Source: Anaeramoeba ignava BMAN (Eukaryota > Protista > Anaeramoebae). Taken from it: a stretch of DNA of 64,000 bases. The notes beneath the pieces are model-generated. The model was not told the DNA's origin, made no database searches, and saw only the letters and a list, made by a program, of their open reading frames with translations. Below are positions 1-12,000 of this stretch, in pieces. Each line of letters begins with the position of its first letter. Position 1 is the stretch's first letter. A program made the translations under genes and the position numbers. The stretch spans positions 1 through 64,000 of the forward strand of contig JAPDFW010000113.1 of the NCBI GenBank assembly GCA_028826165.1. The letters run 5' to 3'.

Positions 1-880
1 TAATTTTAATATTTCAATCCAAAATATAATTTTAATAATTCAATCCAAAATATATAATTTTTAATATTTAAATTCAAAATATAATTTTAAAAATTTCAAT
101 TCAAAAATATAATTTTTAAAATTTCAATTCAAAAATATAATATTTCAATTCAAAATATAATTTTAATATTCAATTCAAAATATAATTTTAAAATTCAATT
201 CAAAATATAATTTTAAAATTTCAATTCAAAATATAATTTTAATATTTCAATTCAAAATATAATTTTAATATTTCAATTCAAAATATAATTTTAATATTTC
301 AATCCAAAATATAATTTTAATATTTCAATTCAAAATATAATTTTAATATTTCAATTCAAAATATAATTTTAATATTTCAATCCAAAATATAATTTTAAAA
401 TTTCAATTCAAAATATAATTTTTATATTCAATTCAAAATTAAAATTCAATCCAAAATATAATTTTAATATTTCAATTCAAAATATAATTTTAATATTTCA
501 ATTCCAAAATATAATTTTAATATTCAATTCAAAATATAATTTTTAAATCTAAAATATAATTTTAAATTTCAATTCAAAATATAATTTTAATATTTCAATT
601 CAAAATATAATTTTAATATTTCAATCCAAAATATAATTTTAATATTTCAATTCAAAATATAATTTTAATCAATTCAAAATATAATTTTAATATTTCAATT
701 CAAAATATAATTTTAATATTTCAATCCAAAATATAATTTTAATATTTCAATTCAAAATATAATTTTAATATTCAATTCAAAATATAATTTCAATTCAAAA
801 TATAATTTTAATATTCAATTCAAAATATAATTTTAAAATTCAATTCAAAATAATTTTTATATATGATTCAAAAATATAAT
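1..880. repeat. ~26-bp minisatellite (AATATTTCAATTCAAAATATAATTTT) filling an RBBP4 intron
   Basis: About 30 or more near-identical copies. The minus-strand donor GT is at 892-891. Confidence 0.9.
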
Positions 881-2060
881 TTTTATATATACATGATCAG
901 AAGAACATGTTGCAAAAATAAATTCAGAATGTGGATGAAAATCAAGATAATTAACTTCTCCTTCATGTCCTTCTATTTCATATAAAGGACCTGTTAATTC
1001 TCTTGTATCAAATATAGTAAACTTTTTATTTTTACTTGTAACTCCAAATAATGAATCTCTTTTTTTATGCCAAGAAACATGCTTTTTTTAAAATTTTTTG
1101 ATTTATATTCAATTATTATCAATATATAATTATTAATTGATTTTTACTTTAATTTCTGAATCCATTTTCTTATTTTGAATTGTTTCTTTTTTTTCTGCAT
1201 TAATATTAAAAATATCAATTTCTCCTTTATAATTTCCTGTTAATAAAAATCCTTCTTTTTGATAATTCCAAGATAATCCATTTCTAATTTAAAAAAAAAA
1301 ATATTTAATATTTAATATTCCAAATCAAATATTCAATAATAAATATCAAACCCTCCTTCAGAAATATTATATTCTAATATTGGATTCTTATTTAAAATTT
1401 GTTTTTCTTTTTGATTTATATTTTCATAAGTATTTGATATTTTGGAAATATCATAAATAAATATTTTTCCTTTATTTGTAATTGTAGAAATAATATTAGA
1501 ATTTTGAGGCATAATTCTAACTTTATTAACATTTCCTTGATGTTGAATTTTATCAACAATTCTAATCATTGGATGATCTTCTAAATTTTGCTTTTTTGTT
1601 TGAATTGTTGATTTTTGATTTTCTTGTGAATCAAATTGTGTTTCATCAATAGGTATATTTATTGATAAAAAATAAAGAAAATTATCTTCTAATTTTTTGG
1701 ATTTTGATCCTAAAACAATTTCTTGAATATTTTTTGAATTTTGAGTTGAATTTCTAAATTAAATTTTTTTTTGATATAAATTTTTTAATTTTTTTCTTTT
1801 TTTCTTTTCTTTATTTTTTTTTTCACTTTGAATTTATTGGAAACCATTCAATGCTTGATATTTCTGTTTCTATTGGAAAAGTAAATAATAAATCATAAAA
1901 GAAATGGTGCATTTTCTTCCAAATTGAAAATTCTTCTTCAATTATTTTTGATTTATCTTTTTTTTTTTTTTTAAATAAAATTTTTTTTATTAAATTTTTC
2001 TTTTTAAAATTATTAAGAAATAAATTTAAAAAATTAACCAAAATGTTCTGGTGCTGCCAT
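1..2060 (-). CDS. RBBP4: RBBP4/RBBP7 (MSI1/HAT2)-like WD40 histone-binding protein, multi-exon, 3' end outside the window
   Basis: ATG at 2060. Exons encode IIEEEFSIWKK..YDLLFT..IEWFP, KIQHQGNVNKVRIMPQNSNIIST, EGGNGLSW and EGHEGEVNYLDFHPHSEFIFATCSSDH, matching RBBP4 motifs. Confidence 0.85.
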
Positions 2061-2175
2061 TTTAAATTTTTAATTTAAATTTTTAATTTTTAAATTTTTA
2101 TTTTAAAAATTTTGAAGAAAAATGAAAAATAATTTATTAAAAATAAAATAAATTTTTCAATTAAATTTTCTTTTT

Positions 2176-4289
2176 TCAATCAAATCTTGTTTTAATATTA
2201 TCATTTGAATCTTCTTTTGATGAACTATTTTATAAAAAAATAATTAAAAAAAAGTGGAATAAAAAATATAAATAAAAAAGTGGAATAAAAATAATAAAAT
2301 AAAAATTTACTTTTTAAATGTCATAAATTTCATAATATTTTCTAATGATTCTTTTAATGAATTTAATGTAATTTGTTGAGAAAAAATAATCTAAAAATAA
2401 TTTTAAAAAAAATTAAATTAAATATTTTTTTTAAAAAGAAAGAAAATGATTAAAAAAAAAATAAACCTGTTTAAGATTTGTATTAAGAAAAAGAATTGAA
2501 AGAAGAAATTTTTCTCTTGAAACATTTTTAAGATAAAGTGGAAAACTATTTTTATAAATAAATGAATATAAATTTATAATTTTTAATTTTAAATTTTAAA
2601 AAGAAAAACCTTGTTTGAATATTTGAAGAAATTTCATCACAAATTGTTGAACGAGAACCTTTTAATTCAATAGGATATCTTAAAGGAACCTTTTTTTTTT
2701 TTTATAAAAATTTAAATTTTTTTGGATCGTTTTAAATTGCTTTTTAATTTACTTCTAAATAAAGAGAAAGTATATGTAAAATTTGTGCTAAAAAACCTAA
2801 ACAAGTTGAAATTTTTTCATCTGTATTATTATTATGATTAATATGTAAAAATTCAACTTTTTCAATTAAATATCCATTATTATCAGGAAGTTTTTCAATA
2901 GGAAATATTTTTTGAATATCTTGAAGCATTGTTTCTTTTCTTGATTTAATACAACTAATAAGTTTTTGATGTTCTTTACTATATTTTTATTTATTATTTA
3001 TTTTTTTGAATTATTATTTTTTTTTGAATAATATTTTTGGATTATTTTTTTTGATTTATTTTTTTTTTACAACATATTTCTTAGTTTTTGTTCTTCTATC
3101 ACTAAATTTTGTTTACTTTCTTTCAAACTTTCTAATCCTTTAATTAAATTTGATGTTCTTTTTGTTATATCCTTTTTTTTCTCTTCAAATCTTTTTTTTT
3201 CTTTTTAAATCAATTTAAATATTTATTTAAAAAATTTTTTCCAATTTAAATATTTTTTATAAATTTATTCAATTTAAACCTTGTTCTAAAAGTTGTCGTT
3301 TAAATTTTAAAATTTTTTTAAGTCTTTTTTTCTCAATATGTTGTTCTTGTAAATAATTTATTTTGGAAACAATTTCTCTTTCATTTGAAAATTTTTCTTC
3401 AATATTTCCCATCATTTCTTCTTGTTCTTGTTTTAATTCTCTCAATTTTTTACATGAAAATGTAAAACTAAATTTAAATTAATGATAAGAAAATTTTTTT
3501 TTTTCATATTTTTTTGATATATTTTTTACTCAATAATTTTTAAAAGATTTTCATTTGAATTTGTTTCTATTTTCTTATTTGGAAGACAAACTTTATAAAT
3601 TGCAGACTATTTTTTAATTATTAATTTTTAATTATTAATTTTTAATTTTAATTTTTAATTTTTAATTTTATTTACAATTTTATCAACAATTTTAGAAGTT
3701 GCATAAATTCCATCCAATAATTCAAATAGAATGGATTGATTTGGAAAATTTATTTTTAACTCTTTTAACTTTTTTGAATAAACAAAAATTTAAATAAAAA
3801 TAATAAAAAATTTTAAAAAAATTGTTTTTTACATTTTTACAAATAAATTGTAATTTTGATAAATAAATAATTTCTTCATAAATTATTCCATTATTACTCC
3901 AAATTTTAATTTTAAAGTTTTCCTGAATTAAATTCTCTTTTGGAATATTATCTAATTGTAACCAATCTGGATTCTAAATTAAATTTAAATTTTTTTAATT
4001 TAAATTTTCATTTAAATTTTTTCTCTATTAAATTAATTAAAAGTTACAAGAGTATCTGATAATTGTTCGCTAATATAAAATGATTTAACTTCATTATTTG
4101 AATTTGATGAATCAACTAAATATAAATGAAAGAAGTTAAATTAATTTTAATTTTTTTATTAAAAATTTTTAAATGAAAAAAAATACTTGTTTCTAAAGTA
4201 AAATAAATTAAAGGATGTTGAATTAAATCTAAATCAAAATTTCTTCCTGAAATTGTTTTTAAATAACGAATTCTTCTATATTTAAGCAT
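2176..4289 (-). CDS. UVRAG: UVRAG/Vps38-like PI3K complex II subunit, about 10 short introns
   Basis: Starts MLKYRRIRYLKTISGRNF (cf. UVRAG RRLRHLRNIAARN), then C2-like and coiled-coil regions, then STCLGFLAQILHILSLYLEVPLRYPIELKGSRSTICD and FPLY..FLLSILFLNTNLKQ. Confidence 0.8.
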
Positions 4290-4447
4290 TATTTTAAAAA
4301 TGAAAAAAATGAAAAAAATGAAAAAATTTTTTTTTAATTAAATTTGAAAAAAAGCAAAAAAAAAAAAAGAACTTAAAAGTAAAAAAATTTTTTTTCTCAT
4401 CAAAAAAAAAAAAAAATTTAATTCAATTCAATTCAATTCAATTCAAA

Positions 4448-5646
4448 TTAATTATCTCCATGAAATAAATGGGAATCCAAATCATCCGTTATTTTTGAAT
4501 AAGGTTGATCCACTTTTGTTTCTTCTTTTCTAAAAGTATTCATTCCAGCAGGAGTTGAATCAGCAGATTCAAGAGCAGCCAAACCAGCTTTTGAGATACC
4601 TTTTTGAGCAGCAATAGCACGTTGATTTCTCCATAAAATAAAAATAACGGCAATTGAACCAGCAATAGCAAAACTTAAGAAGACAATAACAGAAGTGCAA
4701 ATTTTGCTTTGTTTTTTTGGATCGCTAGTAGAAATCATTCCACAAATTAAAATGAAAGAAAGAACGGTGAAGAAAAGAGCCAAATAATGAACCCAATAAG
4801 TGTATTTTTGAACTTTTGGTTGTCTTTGAAAAATCGGCAATAAGTGGAACAAGTGCAACAACAGGAGAATAGCAAGCATGATGAGTGCAGCAGGGCATCT
4901 TGTCTTTGTTTCATCCTCGCACGAGTTGTTGAGAAGATCATCCAGCATGCCAGTAAGACCTGCGAAGCCTTGCTGGACATATATGACATAATTTTGAGGT
5001 GGCTGACTGGAAATTGCTTCCAACGCCTTCATCATATCTTCCTTATTAGTTGAATTATTATCAACGCCAATACAATAAATATCAACATCGTCATTCTTCA
5101 GTGAGTTTGCTGCGGCTATGATATCACTTGCGCTATTGTGATTGTCATTTCCGTCTGTCAAAAGAATGGCAATTTTCTGTCCATCACGACCTTGTTGATC
5201 AAAAGTTTGCTTTGCTAATGATAAGGCTTCGACTAGGTTTGTTGTGGTACCAATCGTAGGCTGATTTGATAGCCCTATTTCAATGGCGCATTTGGTACCT
5301 GTAAGGCACATGGTAAGAACTGCTGTGCCAGCAAATTGTATAATTCCTGCTCTTGCTCCATTTGGTGATATTTTTAACTTATCAACTCCATCATTTACAA
5401 AATTTTCTACTTCTTGCCAATCACTTGGTAATACGCTTTGTGAATGATCTAATAGAAATATTACATCTGCTGTTATATCACATACACCTTTTATTTATTG
5501 ATATTTTTTCAATTATTTTTTTTATTATTTTTTCAATTATTTTTTTCAATTATTTTTTATTTTTTATTTTTACTTTCTTTTTGTGAATCTGAAATGGAAA
5601 TTTTTATTAAAAGAATTAGAAAAAGAAATGATAAAAAGAAATTCAT
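4448..5646 (-). CDS. Signal peptide + von Willebrand factor A domain + three predicted TM helices; two exons
   Basis: Exon 1 MNFFLSFLFLILLIKISISDSQKE, then a phase-1 intron. Exon 2 has DVIFLLDHSQS (MIDAS DxSxS), RAGIIQF, TTNLVEAL, ILLTDG, IYCIGV and three hydrophobic segments. Confidence 0.85.
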
Positions 5647-5809
5647 TTTTCAATTTAAAAAAAAAAATGAAAAAAATTTAAAATGAAAAAAATTTTTATT
5701 ATTTGATTTTTTAAAAGAAAAAAAAACAATTTCAAAAAGAAAAAAGAAAAAGAAAAAATTCCAAAAAAAAAAAGTGGAATAAATTGAAAAAGAAAATAAA
5801 AGGAATTTT

Positions 5810-7713
5810 TTAATCAGAATTTGAACTTAATGAAACATCTTTTTTATCTTTTTTTTTATCACTTTTTTTATCATCTTTTTTATCATCTGATTCTGCAAAT
5901 TGATTTAATTTATCCAATAATTCTTTGTTTTTTTTTATTGTTTCATCAGATAATTCTTCAATATTTTCAACTGGTGGTGGAATATCTTCTATTTTTTTCA
6001 TTTCTTTTTCTTCTTTGATTTTTTCTTTTCTTTTAATTGTTTTTCTTCTTGTTTTAGATGTTTGTTTTTGTGCTTCTTCAAGTGCTGCTGCTGTTAAATA
6101 ACTCATTGAATCAAATCTCAAACTTTTATCCGATTTCAAAATTCAAAATTCAAAATTCAATTTTAATTTTAATTTTAATTTTAATTTTAATTTTATAAAT
6201 GAATTTTAATTTCAATTTTAATTTTATAAATGAATTTTAATTTTAATTTTAATTTTAAATTAAATTTTAATTTTAATTTTAATTTTAATTTTAATTTTAA
6301 TTTTAAATTCGAAATGAATTTGAATTTTAATTTTAATTTTAAATTCAAAATGAATTTTAATTTTAATTTTTAATTTTAATTTTAATTTTAATTTTAATTT
6401 TAAATTTTAATTTTATAAATGAATTTTATAAATGAATTTTAATTTTAATTTTAAATTTAATTTCATAAATGAATTTTAATTTTAATTTTAATTTTAATTT
6501 TAATTTTAATTTTAATTTTAATTTTAATTTTAATTTTAATTTTAATTTTAATTTTAATTTTAATTTTAATTTTAATTATTTTAATTTTAATTTTAATTTT
6601 AATTTTAATTTTAATTTTAATTTTAATTTTAAATTTTAATTTTTTTAAATAAATATTTTACCTAATTTGTTCTGAAACAAAAATCATTAAAATTAAAGAA
6701 ATTAATGTTGCAACCCACCAAGCTCCTGAATCAGGAAATTCTTTTGTAACAGCAGATACAATAATAAAATAAATGAAAAACCAAGTTAAACCATAATCTG
6801 CCATCTAAAATGTTTTTATCCGATTTTTAATTTTAAATTTAATTTTTAAATTTTAATTTTAATTTTAATTATAAATTTTAATTTTAATTTTAATTATAAT
6901 TTTAATTATAATTATAATTATAATTTTATATTTTAATTTTAATTTTATAAATAAATTTTAATTTTAAATTTTAATTTTAATTTTAATTTTAATTTTAAAT
7001 TTTAATTTTAATTTTAATTTTGATTTAAATTTTAAATTTTAAAATTAAATTTATAAATGAATTTTAAATTTAATTTTAATTTTAAATTTTAATTTTAATT
7101 TTAATTTTAATTTTAATTTTAATTTTAATTTTAATTTTAATTTTTAATTTTAATTTTAATTATAAATTTATAAATGAATTTATTTTAATTTTAATTATAA
7201 TTTTAATTTTAATTTTAAATTTATAAATGAATTTATTTTAATTTTAATTATAATTTTAAAATGAATTTTAATTTTTACTTTTCTTGCATTATGTAGAATT
7301 GCTGTTGAAATAATTGTATGTAATAAACCTGAAAAAATTAAACTAAAAGTTGTAATTAAACCTCTTGCAGTTCTAAATTGAAATTCTTTTGCATTCCATA
7401 ATTGAGAATAAGTAAATAATTCATAATTAAAAGTATCAAATCCAACAAGAACAAATTGAAATTCAATAAAAAACATAATCTTTTTAATTTATAAAAAAAA
7501 TTAAATAAAAAGAAGAAAAATTTTTTATTTAAAATTTTATTTTTATTTTTATTTTTATTAAAGAAAATTTACTTGAAGAATAATAATTGTAAAAAATGTA
7601 CCAGTTGGTGAAATTTCAAGAATATCTGGTCTTTTCTTTTTATGTTCAATTCTTAAACAACAAAATGTTACAAGAAGAAAAAATGCTGCAACAACAAAAA
7701 ACAAATACCACAT
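5810..7713 (-). CDS. SYS1: SYS1-like Golgi integral membrane protein, four exons
   Basis: Spliced product IIILQ..YSQLWNAKEFQFRTARGLITTFSLIFSGL..ARKMADYGLTWFFIYFIIVSAVTKEFPDSGAWWV..LMIFVSEQI follows the SYS1 pattern (F.T..G, K..LDF..T, FP....WW). Confidence 0.7.
6140..7255. repeat. (TTTTAA)n microsatellite blocks in two SYS1 introns, with interspersed ATAAATGAA
   Basis: Directly visible; interrupted by the exon at about 6662-6805. Confidence 0.9.
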
Positions 7714-7778
7714 TCTTTTTATTAATTCAAAAAAAAAATGAAAAAATGAAAAATGAAAAATGAAAAATGAAAAATGGG

Positions 7779-8760
7779 AATAGATTTAATTTAATATTTA
7801 ATTTATAAATTAATTTAAAAATATAATTTAATATTTAATTTTATTATTAAAATAATAATTTAATGTTTTAGATTTAAATATTTTATTATTTAAATATTTA
7901 ACATAAAAATATAAAAAATAAGAATAGATTTAATTTATTATTTAATTTATAAATTATTTAAAAATATAATTTAATATTTAATTTTATGTTTAAAATAATA
8001 ATTTAATGTTTTAGATTTAAATATTTTATTATTTAAATATTTAACATATAAATATAAAAAATGAAAATAGATTTAATTTAATATTTAATTTATAAATTAA
8101 TTTAAAAATATAATTTAATATTTAATTTTATTATTAAAATAATAATTTATTGTTTTTAGATTTAAATATTTTATTATTTAAATATTTAACATAAAAATAT
8201 AAAAATAAGAATAGATTTAATTTAATATTTAATTTATAAATTAATTTAAAAATATAATTTAATATTTAATTTTATGTTTAAAATAATAATTTATTGTTTT
8301 AGATTTAAATATTTTATTATTTAAATATTTAACATATAAATATAAAAATAAAAATAAGAATAGATTTAATTTAATATTTAATTTATAAATTAATTTAAAA
8401 ATATAATTTAATATTTAATTCAATTATTAAAATAATAATTTATTGTTTTAGATTTAAATATTTTATTATTTAAATATTTAACATAAAATATAAAAAATAA
8501 GAATAGATTTAATTTAATATTTAATTTATAAATTAATTTAAAAATATAATTTAATATTTAATTTTATGTTTAAAATAATAATTTAATGTTTTAGATTTAA
8601 ATATTTTATTATTTAAATATTTAAACATATAAAATATAAAAATGAGAATAGATTTAATTTAATATTTAATTTATAAATTAATTTAAAAATATAATTTAAT
8701 ATTTAATTTTATTATTAAAATAATAATTTATTGTTTTAGATTTAAATATTTTATTATTTA
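7779..8760. repeat. ~144-bp tandem repeat, about 7 copies, intergenic
   Basis: AATAGATTTAATTT recurs at about 7779, 7923, 8066, 8210, 8359, 8502 and 8647. Confidence 0.9.
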
Positions 8761-9066
8761 AAAATATTTTCAATTTATTTCTTTATTAAATAATTTTTTA
8801 ATAATAAATTATAATTGATTTGTTTCTTATTTTATATTTTATAAAATATTTTACAATTAATAATAATTAATTTCTATTTTCAATTTTTATATATTTTTGA
8901 TTTTTGATTTTTTTTCAATTTAATCTTCTTTTTAATAATATTTTTAAATTAAAATTAAATTGTTTAAAATTGGATTTGTTTCTTATTTATTGATTTGAAG
9001 AATTTAAATTGATTGAAAGTAAATGAAAATTGAATTAAATTTTGAAAAAAAAATTAAAAAAAGTTT

Positions 9067-12000
9067 TTAAATGAAATAAGTCTCAAGTTCATCAACAACC
9101 CATTTATTATAAGAACCAGCTAAATAACTTTTAGATTCATTTGTTGCTTCTTGAATTCCATTAGGTAGATTATAACTAGTACCAAAATTTGAATGACCAG
9201 GTTGTAAATTAGAAGATAATTTGAAATCATAATCTATTTTAATAAAAATAATTAATTTTAATAATAATTAATAATAATTTAATTTAAAATTAATTTTATT
9301 TTAAATTTAAATAATAATATTATTTATTATATTAATATTTTGGATTATTTATTAATTTAATTTTAATTATAATAAAATATTTGAAAAAAAGTGGAATAAA
9401 TAATTTAATAAAGATAAATAATTAATTTTAATAATAATTAATAATAATTTAATTTAAAATTAATTTTATTTTAAATTGAAATAATAATATTATTTATTAT
9501 ATTAATATTTTGGATTATTTATTAATTTAATTTTAATTATAATAATAAATATTTATTAAATATAAATTATTTACTATCTATTTTAATAAATATAAATAAT
9601 TAATTTTAATAATAATTAATAATAATTTAATTTAAAATTAATTTTATTTTAAATTGAAATAATAATATTATTTATTATATTAATATTTTGTATTATTTAT
9701 TAATTTAATTTTAATTATAATAATAAATATTTATTAAATATAAATTATTTACAAGCTATTTTAATAAAGATAAATAATTAATTTTAATAATAATTAGTAA
9801 TAATTTAATTTAAAATTAATTTTATTTTTAAATTGAAATAATAATATTATTTATTATATTAATATTTTGGATTATTTATTAATTTAATTTTAATTATAAT
9901 AAAATATTTGAAAAAGTGGAATAAATAATTTAATAAAGATAAATAATTAATTTTAATAATAATTAATAATAATTTAATTTAAAATTAATTTTATTTTTAA
10001 ATTGAAATAATAATATTATTTATTATATTAATATTTTGGATTATTTATTAATTTAATTTTAATTATAATAATAAATATTTATTAAATATAAATTATTTAC
10101 TATCTATTTTAATAAAGATAAATAATTAATTTTAATAATAATTAATAATAATTTAATTTAAAATTAATTTTATTTTTAAATTGAAATAATAATATTATTT
10201 ATTATATTAATATTTTGGATTATTTATTAATTTAATTTTAATTATAATAATAAATATTTATTAAATATAAATTATTTACAATCTATTTTAATAAAGATAA
10301 ATAATTAATTTTAATAATAATTTAATAATAATTTAATTTAAAATTAATTTTATTTTAAATTGAAATAATAATATTATTTATTATATTAATATTTTGGATT
10401 ATTTATTAATTTAATTTTAATTATAATAAAATATTTGAAAAAGTGGAATAAATAATTTAATAAAGATAAATAATTAATTTTAATAATAATTAATAATAAT
10501 TTAATTTAAAATTAATTTTATTTTAAATTGAAATAATATTATTATTTATTATATTAATATTTTGGATTATTTATTAATTTAATTTTAATTATAATAATAA
10601 ATATTTATTAAATATAAATTATTTACTCTCTATTTTAATAAAGATAAATAATTAATTTTAATAATAATTAATAATAATTTAATTTAAAATTAATTTTATT
10701 TTAAATTGAAATAATAATATTATTTATTATATTAATATTTTGGATTATTTATTAATTTAAATTATAATAATAAATATTTATTAAATATAAATTATTTACC
10801 AACTATTTTAATAAAGATAAATAATTAATTTTAATAATAATTAATAATAATTTAATTTAAAATTAATTTTATTTTAAATTGAAATAATAATATTATTTAT
10901 TATATTAATATTTTGGATTATTTATTAATTTAATTTTAATTATAATAATAAATATTTATTAAATATAAATTATTTACAAACTATTTTAATAAAGATAAAT
11001 AATTAATTTTAATAATAATTAATAATAATTTAATTTAAAATTAATTTTATTTTAAATTAAAATAATAATATTATTTATTATATTAATATTTTTGGATTAT
11101 TTATTAATTTAATTTTAATTATAATAATAAATATTTATTAAATATAAATTATTTACTAACTATTTTAATAAAGATAAATAATTAATTTTAATAATAATTA
11201 ATAATAATTTAATTTAAAATTAATTTTATTTTAAATTGAAATAATAATATTATTTATTATATTAATATTTTGGATTATTTATTAATTTAATTTTAATTAT
11301 AATAATAAATATTTATTAAATATAATTTATTTACTCCTATTTTAATAAAAATAAATAATTAATTTTAATAATAATTAATAATAATTTAAATTTAAAATTA
11401 ATTTTAAATTGAAATAATAATATTATTTATTATATTGATATTTTGGATTATTTATTAATTTAATTTTAATTATAATAATAAATATTTATTAAATATAAAT
11501 TATTTACTCTCTATTTTAATAAATATAAATAATTAATTTTAATAATAATTAATAATAATTTAATTTAAAATTAATTTTATTTTAAATTGAAATAATAATA
11601 TTATTTATTATATTGATATTTTAGATTATTTATTAATTTAATTTTAATTATAATAATAAATATTTATTAAATATAAATTATTTACTCTCTATTTTAATAA
11701 ATATAAATAATTAATTTTAATAATAATTAATAATAATTTAATTTAAAATTAATTTTATTTTAAATTAAAATAATAATATTATTTATTATATTAATATTTT
11801 GGATTATTTATTAATTTAATTTTAATTATAATAATAAATATTTATTAAATATAAATTATTTACTCTCTATTTTAATAAATATAAATAATTAATTTTAATA
11901 ATAATTAATAATAATTTAATTTAAAATTAATTTTATTTTAAATTAAAATAATAATATTATTTATTATATTAATATTTTGGATTATTTATTAATTTAATTT

